A stretch of 40,606 bases of DNA. Source: a virus. The stretch's first letter is position 1, and each line of letters begins with the position of its first letter. This document shows positions 9,855 to 18,244 of the stretch, piece after piece. The DNA lies in the UHGV virus genome UHGV-0346325. One strand, 5' to 3'. The notes under the pieces are model-generated. The model was given only the letters and a program-made list of their open reading frames with translations, ran no database searches and was not told the origin of the DNA. Made by a program: the position numbers and the translations under genes.

Positions 9855-10385
9855 ATGGCTAATGAAGCAAAAGTAGCGGCTAAAGGTATTGATATTATTT
9901 TACTTTTCCGTTTGTTAAAAAAATCAAAAGAGGAAGCAGCATGGAAATTAGCTTTCCAGACAGAACATGAAAATACAAAAACAAAAGATAGTGACTCTGT
10001 GGCCACTAAAGATGGTCCGATTCGCATCCCAGGATCATTGGAAATTGATTTTTCAGCAACATCTATTTTATCAGTCGGTGATCCGTATGTTGACCAGCTA
10101 GAAGAAGCTTTAGACAATGACGATATTATTGAAATCTGGGAAATCAACAAAGCAGAAAAAGGCACAGGAGATAATGCTGACAAATACAAAGCAACCTATT
10201 ACCAAGGATATGTAACATCATTTGGTAAATCGCCTAATGCTGAAGACACCGTAGAAGTTTCATTAGAATTTGGTATCAATGGTAAAGGCGCAAAAGGATT
10301 TGCAACATTAACTGCTGATCAAGAAGAAGTAGTTCAATACGTCTTCAAAGATACGATTATCGAGACAGCTGATCTGGGAAAGTAG
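9855..10385 (+). CDS. major tail protein
   Basis: 176 aa with RBS GAGAGAAGGAA. Positioned before the chaperone genes and the tape measure gene. Ends with the slippery heptamer G_GGA_AAG immediately before the TAG stop. Confidence 0.6.
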   Translation: MANEAKVAAKGIDIILLFRLLKKSKEEAAWKLAFQTEHENTKTKDSDSVATKDGPIRIPGSLEIDFSATSILSVGDPYVDQLEEALDNDDIIEIWEINKAEKGTGDNADKYKATYYQGYVTSFGKSPNAEDTVEVSLEFGINGKGAKGFATLTADQEEVVQYVFKDTIIETADLGK

Positions 10386-10445
10386 ATAGCCCTGTTGTGA
10401 GTAATGTAACTCCTACAGTCGATGGGGCATCTATTGAATTAAGCT
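10376..10445 (+). other. programmed -1 frameshift site (GGGAAAG) and -1 frame extension of the major tail protein (...GK VDSPVVSNVTPTVDGASIELS*)
   Basis: G GGA AAG is in the correct zero frame for X XXY YYZ. The -1 frame is open from 10373 to a TAA at 10443-10445. The peptide is about 65-70% identical (nt and aa) to the capsid extension. Confidence 0.5.
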
Positions 10446-10465
10446 AAGAAAGGAAAATTAATATA

Positions 10466-10921
10466 ATGGATACTTTTAAAATTTATAAAGGCCAAACCGA
10501 AGTTGTTTCCGGCACATCACCTTTAACTATAACAGGAATGGAACCTGACACCTCAGTGTCGGCTGGTGAGTACCAAGTAACTCGTGTTGTTAATGGGACA
10601 GAATCAGAGCGAGTAGATATTCCAGCTTTTAAAACATTGTCTATTGCTGTAACTGGTTTAGAGTTTTCTCCTAAAACGTCCACAGCCGATGCGGGTACTG
10701 CAGGTAGCCGACAAATCACAGCAACTGTTTTGCCTGAAAATGCAACCAACAAAAAAGTAAACTATTCTATTACGCCTACAACAGAAGGTCTTGCTGTCTC
10801 TGAAACAGGAAATATTACTTGGACAGAAGCGGTACCGGCTGGTGTTTATACTACAACAGGAACAACAGAGGATGGTAAAAAAACAGCTCAACACACCTTA
10901 ACATTGAATAATCAAGCTTAA
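10466..10921 (+). CDS. Ig-like (BIG2-type) domain protein, 151 aa, in the same frame as the tail extension after a single TAA
   Basis: Sequence ...SRQITATVLPENATNKKVNYSITP...AVS.TGNITW is typical of a bacterial Ig-like group 2 domain. The ORF frame (mod 3 = 2) is identical to the -1 extension frame. Confidence 0.55.
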   Translation: MDTFKIYKGQTEVVSGTSPLTITGMEPDTSVSAGEYQVTRVVNGTESERVDIPAFKTLSIAVTGLEFSPKTSTADAGTAGSRQITATVLPENATNKKVNYSITPTTEGLAVSETGNITWTEAVPAGVYTTTGTTEDGKKTAQHTLTLNNQA

Positions 10922-10934
10922 AATATAAATTTAG

Positions 10935-10962
10935 AGGGCAGCTTAGAGGCTGTCCTTTTCTT
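10935..10962 (+). terminator. stem-loop / probable terminator
   Basis: Stem agggcagc/gctgtcct with loop ttagag, followed by tttctt. Confidence 0.45.
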
Positions 10963-10976
10963 ATGGAGGAAAAGGC

Positions 10977-11327
10977 ATGCAAATCGAAATTAAAGGAAAA
11001 AAATATAACTGTATTTTTGGAGTCAAGTTTATTCGTGAATTGGATAAGCAGCATGGGGTAGTTCGCAATGATGTAAATCTTGGGATGGGACTAACAACAT
11101 TATTACCGCAGCTAGTAAGTGGAAATATCGTTGTTTTATCTGATGTACTCTACACAGCTACCATTACGGAAAAAAGTAGACCTTCTAAGGATGAAGTAGA
11201 TGAGTTCGTTGAAACTGTGGATGATATTGAGGCATTATTTGATGAAACGTTGAAATACTTAGAAGAAAGCAATGCGGGAAAGTTAACGGTCAGAAATTTC
11301 AAGAAAGCTCTGATGGAGAACAAGTAA
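10977..11327 (+). CDS. tail assembly chaperone (gpG-like)
   Basis: 116-aa ORF between the major tail and tape measure genes. Contains the slippery heptamer G_GGA_AAG at 11276-11282. Confidence 0.6.
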   Translation: MQIEIKGKKYNCIFGVKFIRELDKQHGVVRNDVNLGMGLTTLLPQLVSGNIVVLSDVLYTATITEKSRPSKDEVDEFVETVDDIEALFDETLKYLEESNAGKLTVRNFKKALMENK

Positions 11328-11677
11328 GAGAGGAACTAACCTCAGCTGAAGCTTATGAAAATATTCTTATTAATTGTTTTCGTTACCTAGAAATTACTGA
11401 TTTATCAGAAATTGAACGAATGACTTTGTATGAATATGAAGTTAGGCTATTGGCGTTTCAGTTAAAAAGACTTGACCATGAAAGAGACCTCTATCTTCAA
11501 TCTTGGCTAAATAACCAAATTAAGGCGACTAAAGGTAAAAAATCCGAACCTTATTATAAGGAATTCAATAAGTTTTTCAATTATGAAGAACGAGAGAAGC
11601 TTATTTTGGGTAAGTCATTAATTGATGAAAAGGTTGATATAGGAGCAATTGATTTATTAAGAAAAGCAAATAAGTAG
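10977..11677 (+). CDS. tail assembly chaperone -1 frameshift fusion product (gpGT-like)
   Basis: The downstream ORF (track 11420-11677) is in the -1 frame, which is open back to 11246. The heptamer GGGAAAG at 11276-11282 is in register with the gpG frame. Confidence 0.55.
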
Positions 11678-11692
11678 GAAAGGAGGAAAATA

Positions 11693-14600
11693 ATGGAATC
11701 ATATTCAGTCGAAGCAATACTTACTGCTACTGATAGAACGTTTAGTAGCACGATGAGTAGCGCTGAACGTTCTATGGCTGGTGTAAACAAGCAATCTGGT
11801 GAACTAGGGGATGGATTGGATAAAAGCACCACTAAAGGTAATCAATTAGGCAAGTCAATTCTTAGTATTGGAGCAGGTGTGGGTGCAGTAAAATTAGTAT
11901 CTACGGCCGTAAATATGGTTAAGGACTCTGTTGAAGGAGCGATTAATCGTTTTGATACGTTGAATAAGTATCCAGTAGTTATGAAGGCTCTAGGTTACTC
12001 AACAGAAGATGTTGATCGGTCCATGAATAAACTATCTGATGGGATTGATGGATTGCCAACATCCCTCGATGAAATTGTAGCTAGTACGCAACAACTATCA
12101 ATTTCAACTGGTAGCTTGAGTAAAGGAACTGACACAGCTATTGCATTAAATGATGCCTTTCTTGCTTCTGGAGCTTCAACTGCTGATGCGACTCGTGGTA
12201 TGCAACAATATATTCAAATGCTCGGTAAGGGTGAAGTTGATATGCAGTCTTGGCGAACATTACAAGAAACAATGCCAATTGCGATGGATAAAGTTGCTAA
12301 GTCTTTCAAAGAACAAGGTGTAAACTCAGTTAACCAATTATATGATGCCTTAAAAGAAGGAGATATTACATTTAATGAGTTCAATAATCGTTTGATTGAG
12401 TTGGATAAAGGTGTAGGCGGTTTTGCGGATTTAGCCAAGAAAAACTCAAAAGGTATCAAAACCTCATGGGCAAATATTAAAACAGCTACTGTTAAAGGTG
12501 TAACTACAGTTATTAAATCGTTTGATGAATTATCCAAAGCAGTGACAGGAAAAAATATTGCCGAAAATTTGGACTCTTTAAAAAATGTAGTGAATATAAC
12601 TTTTAAGGCAATTGATGCAGCGATTCAATCAACTATCCCATTGATGAAACTATTCGGAAAAGCTATTACTTCGATAGGTACAGCTTTAACACCATTACTA
12701 CCAACAATTGCCAGTTTTGCTGCCACCTTTACAGCGTTGAAAGTAATTCAGCAAGTGACAGGCTATATAAAACAATCTGAATTGGCAATCAAAGCTTATA
12801 CAATCGCAATAAGTTTGTACAATGGAATATCAAAACTGGCTACGTTGTCTACCACAGCACTCGGAAGAGCATGGATGTTAAACTTAGCAGCCGATAAAGC
12901 CAATTCTGCAGCAATAGCAATAAAAACTGGTCTTTTAGTGGCACAAAATACAATCGTTGGTGTTTTGACGGGAACAATTAGTTTAGCTACAGTAGCTACA
13001 ACTGTTTTTAGTACCGCTATGAAATTGTTGATGGGCCCTATTGGTTGGGTAACAACTGCAATAGGAGGACTAGTAGCTGTAGGGGTAAACTTGTGGAAAT
13101 GGTTAAATAAGGAAACTGAATCAACTAAGGCAGTTAAAAAAGAACAAGAAAACCTTATGAAAACCACAGATGACTTGATTAAAAAGAATCAAGAACATGC
13201 ACAATCCCGAAAAGATGAAGCTATTGAATTGGATAATACTAAAGAAAAATTCCAATCTATGATTTCTGAAATGGAAATGCTCTCTGCTAAAGAAAAATTA
13301 AGCAACAGCGAGAAAAAACGTATGGTGGAAATTGTTGAGGAATTGAACGGTAAAATGACAGGTTTAAACTTAGTTTATGACGATCAAAAAAATATTTTAT
13401 CTGAAATGCCTGGAACAATTCGACAACAAGTTGATGCCTATAATGCTTTAGATGAAGCTTCTCAAGCTCAAGAAAACATTAATCAAATGTTAAAAGAACG
13501 AAATGATAATGAAGCGAAGCTGATGGAAATTAATGCCGCTAGAGAAAAATGGAATCAGACATTAAAAGAATCTGGCGGGAATACAAAAGAAGCTCGTGAA
13601 AATATTGAAGAGTTGGGCGAGCAAGAGCAAGTGTTAAAGGGCGTTCAACAGGAATTAACGAATGAAATTATAAATACAGCTAATGCCCATGAACAATCAA
13701 TGCAGCGTGCAAGCCAAGCTGTGGAAAATGGTGTGTTAAATCAAACAGTTTCATACAATGCTTTAAGTGGTAAGACGAAAGAAACAATGGATGCAATGCG
13801 TTCAGAATATTCATCACTTGAAGAAAAAGTAGGGAGTGCCTTTGATGTTATCCAGCAAAAACAAGCTATTTCAGTTGATCAAATGGCTGAAAATTTACAA
13901 AAAAATCAAGATGCTGTTAACCAATGGAGCACTAACATTGCTGCGTTAGCACAGCGAGGGGTAGATGAAGGGCTTTTAGAGCAACTAAGGAAAATGGGAC
14001 CTGAAGGTGCTGCTCAAGCGGCAGAATTAGTTAATTCTTCAGACGAACAATTACAACGTTTGAATGATGTTTATCGTAATACAGGCGAAACTTCCATGAA
14101 CGCAATGAAAGAAGGCTACCAGTTAGGTAAAAATGGTGTTAATGAGGAAATAGCAAGCTTAATCCCAACTCAAAAAGAAACTTTGATGACTCAGATTAAG
14201 AGCACCGATTTTAATAGTGTGGGTTTAAGTGTGACCGAAAACTTTAAAGCAGGTATTGAGAATGGGCGTACAGCAGTCGAAGAAATGACCAAAGGAATTG
14301 TTCCTAAAGTCGGGGAAGACATGAAAGGCGAAGTTCAAAAAGCTGATTTCAGAGGTATTGGTAAGTCCATTCCTCAAGGATTAGAAAAAGGTGTTGACGA
14401 CGGCAAAGGAGTTCCTGTAAAAACATCTAATCAAATGATTGATGATATTGTTTCTGGTGCCAGAAAAGGTTTAGATTCTCACTCTCCTTCTCGTGTATTT
14501 CACTCAATTGGCGAAGATGTTGATTCTGGATTATCAAACGGTATCGAACAAAACGCAATGAATCCAGTAAGAGCTGTGGAGGCGATTGTTGATAAAATAA

Positions 14601-15100
14601 TTTCTGCAATGGACAAATTGCCATCAGAAATGAATTCTATTGGTGCAAATGCAATTGATGGATTGACTAATGGCATTAATGCTAATGCTAATAGCGCTTT
14701 AGCCGCAGCAAGAGGTGTGGCAGATCAAATTGTAAGTACAATGAAAAGCGCTATGGATATTCATTCTCCATCACGTGTAATGCGTGATGAAGTAGGTAAA
14801 ATGATTCCAGCAGGAGTAGCGGTTGGTATTGATAAATATTCAAACTTTGTAGAAAAATCCATGCAACGACTAAGTAAAAAGGTAGCCATGCCAGCGCTAG
14901 ATAATTTAAATTCAAATCTGTCATTTAGTGGAGGATCACAAAGCTTAGCATTTGCTGGAGATGTATCTTCAAAATTCACTGTAGAGGTACCTGTTATTTT
15001 CGATAGTTCAGAGGTTGCAAGGGTTATTGCTAAACCAATGAGTAAAGAATTACAGAATCAACAAGATAAAAAGAATGTTTCTTTAGGAAGGAGGCGCTAA
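11693..15100 (+). CDS. tail tape measure protein
   Basis: 1135 aa with TM-helix-like hydrophobic blocks in the middle, coiled coils, and paired C-terminal HSPSRV motifs. Canonical position. Confidence 0.85.
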   Translation: MESYSVEAILTATDRTFSSTMSSAERSMAGVNKQSGELGDGLDKSTTKGNQLGKSILSIGAGVGAVKLVSTAVNMVKDSVEGAINRFDTLNKYPVVMKALGYSTEDVDRSMNKLSDGIDGLPTSLDEIVASTQQLSISTGSLSKGTDTAIALNDAFLASGASTADATRGMQQYIQMLGKGEVDMQSWRTLQETMPIAMDKVAKSFKEQGVNSVNQLYDALKEGDITFNEFNNRLIELDKGVGGFADLAKKNSKGIKTSWANIKTATVKGVTTVIKSFDELSKAVTGKNIAENLDSLKNVVNITFKAIDAAIQSTIPLMKLFGKAITSIGTALTPLLPTIASFAATFTALKVIQQVTGYIKQSELAIKAYTIAISLYNGISKLATLSTTALGRAWMLNLAADKANSAAIAIKTGLLVAQNTIVGVLTGTISLATVATTVFSTAMKLLMGPIGWVTTAIGGLVAVGVNLWKWLNKETESTKAVKKEQENLMKTTDDLIKKNQEHAQSRKDEAIELDNTKEKFQSMISEMEMLSAKEKLSNSEKKRMVEIVEELNGKMTGLNLVYDDQKNILSEMPGTIRQQVDAYNALDEASQAQENINQMLKERNDNEAKLMEINAAREKWNQTLKESGGNTKEARENIEELGEQEQVLKGVQQELTNEIINTANAHEQSMQRASQAVENGVLNQTVSYNALSGKTKETMDAMRSEYSSLEEKVGSAFDVIQQKQAISVDQMAENLQKNQDAVNQWSTNIAALAQRGVDEGLLEQLRKMGPEGAAQAAELVNSSDEQLQRLNDVYRNTGETSMNAMKEGYQLGKNGVNEEIASLIPTQKETLMTQIKSTDFNSVGLSVTENFKAGIENGRTAVEEMTKGIVPKVGEDMKGEVQKADFRGIGKSIPQGLEKGVDDGKGVPVKTSNQMIDDIVSGARKGLDSHSPSRVFHSIGEDVDSGLSNGIEQNAMNPVRAVEAIVDKIISAMDKLPSEMNSIGANAIDGLTNGINANANSALAAARGVADQIVSTMKSAMDIHSPSRVMRDEVGKMIPAGVAVGIDKYSNFVEKSMQRLSKKVAMPALDNLNSNLSFSGGSQSLAFAGDVSSKFTVEVPVIFDSSEVARVIAKPMSKELQNQQDKKNVSLGRRR

Positions 15101-16030
15101 ATGTTATACAACTTTATTGATGTAAATGAACAACAAACAAAAGCCTCTTTGCCTTCGGAAGCCATGAATTTTAATGGTTTTTTTTTAGAAGATTTAGTTC
15201 CAGGTTATAGAACATTATCTGTTGTTGGAAGAGAGTTAGCTCCTACTGAGATACAAAGCTACCAGTTGGGAATTCGTGATGGAATGCGACATGTTTATGC
15301 TCGTATTCCGGAAAGAGAATTAACGGTTAAATTCAAAGTTGAGGCTAACTCTAACGAAGCGTTTAGGGATTCTTTTAACAGACTAAACGTTGCTTTGTTC
15401 ACAGAAAAAGATGTACAGATTTGGTTTAATGATGAACCAGAAATGCTTTGGTCAGGTAGTAAGTCAGACATTGATGCAGTTCCTGAAGGATTGAATCGTG
15501 TCGTTGGTACATTTACAATCTTGTTGAATAATCCATATAAATATACTAGAAGCGATGCTACTAGTGTTATGTGGGGTTCAACAGAAATAACGTTTCAGGC
15601 TAACTATCTTATGGGTAATACTGGATCAGGGGCTGTTGACTTACCTATTGTTATCGAAGGTGGGGCTTATTGGGGTTCTACCATGATTACTTTTCAAAAT
15701 CGTTCCTATTTAATGGGAGATAACGGTCAAGAAGTGAAACCAATTGAAATATATCCAACTGTTGAAGGGTTAAAAGTAAAACCGATTATTACTATAAAAG
15801 GCACTGGTAGAGGCGTGTGGATAAAAACTAGAAGTGATACTATTGATATTGGTGATTTTGATAAGTCAGAAATAGTAATAGATACAGAACAGTTTAATAT
15901 TACGAAAAATGGGAAGCCAATGATTCGTCCTATGAACGATTTTTATATTTATCCAAATGAGCCACTATACATCCAAGCGAAAGATAGTACTTTTAATCTA
16001 ACTATTCGATATCCAAATCGTTTCTTATAG
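15101..16030 (+). CDS. distal tail protein (Dit)
   Basis: 309 aa immediately after the tape measure gene. The start codon abuts the tape measure stop. Confidence 0.65.
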   Translation: MLYNFIDVNEQQTKASLPSEAMNFNGFFLEDLVPGYRTLSVVGRELAPTEIQSYQLGIRDGMRHVYARIPERELTVKFKVEANSNEAFRDSFNRLNVALFTEKDVQIWFNDEPEMLWSGSKSDIDAVPEGLNRVVGTFTILLNNPYKYTRSDATSVMWGSTEITFQANYLMGNTGSGAVDLPIVIEGGAYWGSTMITFQNRSYLMGDNGQEVKPIEIYPTVEGLKVKPIITIKGTGRGVWIKTRSDTIDIGDFDKSEIVIDTEQFNITKNGKPMIRPMNDFYIYPNEPLYIQAKDSTFNLTIRYPNRFL

Positions 16031-16046
16031 GAGGTGTTGCTAAAAT

Positions 16047-18065
16047 ATGTTGATGGCAATGGATTTAAAAAGAGAATACACGGCAGTTTTAGATAACGCT
16101 TATAATGTTGGATATGAAAAAATTGAAAACCAAATAGGGAATCTAGAATTTTCAATGCCGTTGGATGATCCTAAAAATGAATTTTTGCAAGAAATGTTAT
16201 GGGTTGAACTAACAGATAATGAAAATGAATATATAGGATTATACCGTGTTATGCCTTCAACGGTTCGTAAAGATGCTAGTAACAATTCAATCACGTATAC
16301 GGCAAATGAAGCCCTGTGTACTTTGCTAGACACAGTTCTTTTTGGTTATCATGAACTAGTGAATCAAAAAACGGTTGATGTTATTAACTATCTTTTGAAT
16401 AAACAAAGGTCAAAACACTGGGTTTTAAAAAAATGTGAATTCACTCGGTATTTTAGTTATGCATGGGAAAATGAAAATGGTCTCGCTGATGCCTTGTTTA
16501 GTATTCCTCAAGCATTTGATGAAGACTACATGTGGCAATGGAATACCAAAGTTTATCCATTCGAATTATCTTTAGTGAAGCCACCAAAAGAACCTGTTGC
16601 TCGTATTCAAGAAGGATATAACATGCAAGGTTTTGAGATTGAAAGAGATCCTAACAATTTAGTTAATCGAGTTTATCCTTTAGGTGCTGGTGAAGGCGTC
16701 AATCAGATAAATATTAAATCAGTGAATAAAAATGTCCCTTATGTAGAAGATTCACAGTCGATAAAAGATCACGGTTTAGTTGAATATGTTTGGGTGGACC
16801 AACGATTCACAGTTCCGCAAGCTTTAAAAGACAATGCAATCAACATGTTAAAAAAATGGGCACAGCCTAAAATTTCTTGGGATGTGACTGCGGCTGATTT
16901 ATTGAAATTAACAGATGAACCTTTAAGCATTGATAAGTTAAGACAAGGAACTGTGATTATGATTAACACAGATGACTTTGGAAGTATAAATTTACGTATT
17001 AAAAAAGAGACAAAACAGGATGTATTCGGTGCCCCACAAGATATTCAGCTAGAGCTTGGTAATTTATCTGACGATTTTACTACGACAATGTCTGATTTGA
17101 AACGTAAACAGGAAATAAATGAGACATACTCGCAAGGTGCAACGAATATTTTGAACTATAGTTATCAAGATAACTGCGAAAAGGCCTACCCAGCAGAAAT
17201 TGAATTCTTCTTAGATGATGATGTATTTCATGTAAATACTGTAGAACTGACTTTTAAAACTAAGCGCTATCGTGGCTACACAAAAGCCGTAAAAGGAGGC
17301 GGAGCTACGGTTAAAAGTACTTCAGCTGGTGGAGCTTCAACACAAACGAGTTCAGCTGGTGGCGGAAGTGTCGTTTCAAGTTCAGCTGGAGGAGGCTATT
17401 CTAGTGGATCCACCACAGGTGGAGGAGGAGGTAGCATTCAATCCAGTTCTGTAAATGGTCAAAGCTCACAAACAAGTTCAGCAGGTGGAGATCATAATCA
17501 CCTGGTTGCAACTAATAATGGTAGCACTGAATCAAGTGCATTTTATCGAGAAATGGATGCGGGGTCAGGTATGAGATTTAGACTAATGTCGACCGCATCA
17601 ACAGATTGGTACACAAAGACGAGCTCAGGTAATCATACTCATAATGTGACTACACCGGCACATTCCCACACAGTGAATACACCTAACCATAGTCACAATT
17701 TTAATATTTCTATACCAAACCATACTCACAGCATATCAGTTCCTAGCCATAGCCACCAAGTAAGAATACCGGCACATACACACCAAATTACTTTACCTGA
17801 TCATAGCCATCCATTAGAATGGGGGATTTATGAGGCACCAAGTAGCGCAACTAGTGTTGATATAGTTGTAGATGGTACCACCATTCCAGTACACGATACT
17901 AGCCAACAAAGACTCAACATTGTTAATTACCTTAGGAAAACTAGTGGAGGTAAGATTTCTAGAGGTAATCATACAATCAAGATAATACCTAACAAACTTG
18001 CACGAATCGAAGCGCAGGTTATTTGTCGTGTCTTTATACAATCACAATTAGGAGGACAATTTTAA
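16047..18065 (+). CDS. tail-associated lysin/tip protein (Tal) with Gly/Ser linker and His-x-His repeat needle region
   Basis: 672 aa after the Dit gene. Tandem SSAGG repeats at the DNA level and seven P-x-H-(S/T)-H units near the C-terminus. Confidence 0.6.
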   Translation: MLMAMDLKREYTAVLDNAYNVGYEKIENQIGNLEFSMPLDDPKNEFLQEMLWVELTDNENEYIGLYRVMPSTVRKDASNNSITYTANEALCTLLDTVLFGYHELVNQKTVDVINYLLNKQRSKHWVLKKCEFTRYFSYAWENENGLADALFSIPQAFDEDYMWQWNTKVYPFELSLVKPPKEPVARIQEGYNMQGFEIERDPNNLVNRVYPLGAGEGVNQINIKSVNKNVPYVEDSQSIKDHGLVEYVWVDQRFTVPQALKDNAINMLKKWAQPKISWDVTAADLLKLTDEPLSIDKLRQGTVIMINTDDFGSINLRIKKETKQDVFGAPQDIQLELGNLSDDFTTTMSDLKRKQEINETYSQGATNILNYSYQDNCEKAYPAEIEFFLDDDVFHVNTVELTFKTKRYRGYTKAVKGGGATVKSTSAGGASTQTSSAGGGSVVSSSAGGGYSSGSTTGGGGGSIQSSSVNGQSSQTSSAGGDHNHLVATNNGSTESSAFYREMDAGSGMRFRLMSTASTDWYTKTSSGNHTHNVTTPAHSHTVNTPNHSHNFNISIPNHTHSISVPSHSHQVRIPAHTHQITLPDHSHPLEWGIYEAPSSATSVDIVVDGTTIPVHDTSQQRLNIVNYLRKTSGGKISRGNHTIKIIPNKLARIEAQVICRVFIQSQLGGQF

Positions 18066-18239
18066 ATGAGATTAACAGTAAAACTAATTAGCAAACAAGA
18101 AGAATTTATAATTAATGATGAATCAGGTAAAACGTTAGATGATTATTTTGCAGAACTGATTGATAATAGTTCGCCGTTCATCAAGATAGGAAATCGTATT
18201 TTACAAAAAGCCACGATTGAATACATTAATGCAGAATAG
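18066..18239 (+). CDS. small ORF, 57 aa (MRLTVKLISKQEEF...), absent from the ORF track
   Basis: Strong RBS AGGAGG 8 nt upstream of the ATG. It fills the Tal-to-fibre gap exactly. Confidence 0.45.
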   Translation: MRLTVKLISKQEEFIINDESGKTLDDYFAELIDNSSPFIKIGNRILQKATIEYINAE

Positions 18240-18244
18240 GAGTG

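Noticed and set aside
12214-13167. Minus-strand ORFs (107 and 123 aa) inside the tape measure gene
   Set aside because: They are antisense to a long, well-supported CDS. They have no RBS and low-complexity composition mirroring the TMP codons, so they are typical spurious shadow ORFs.
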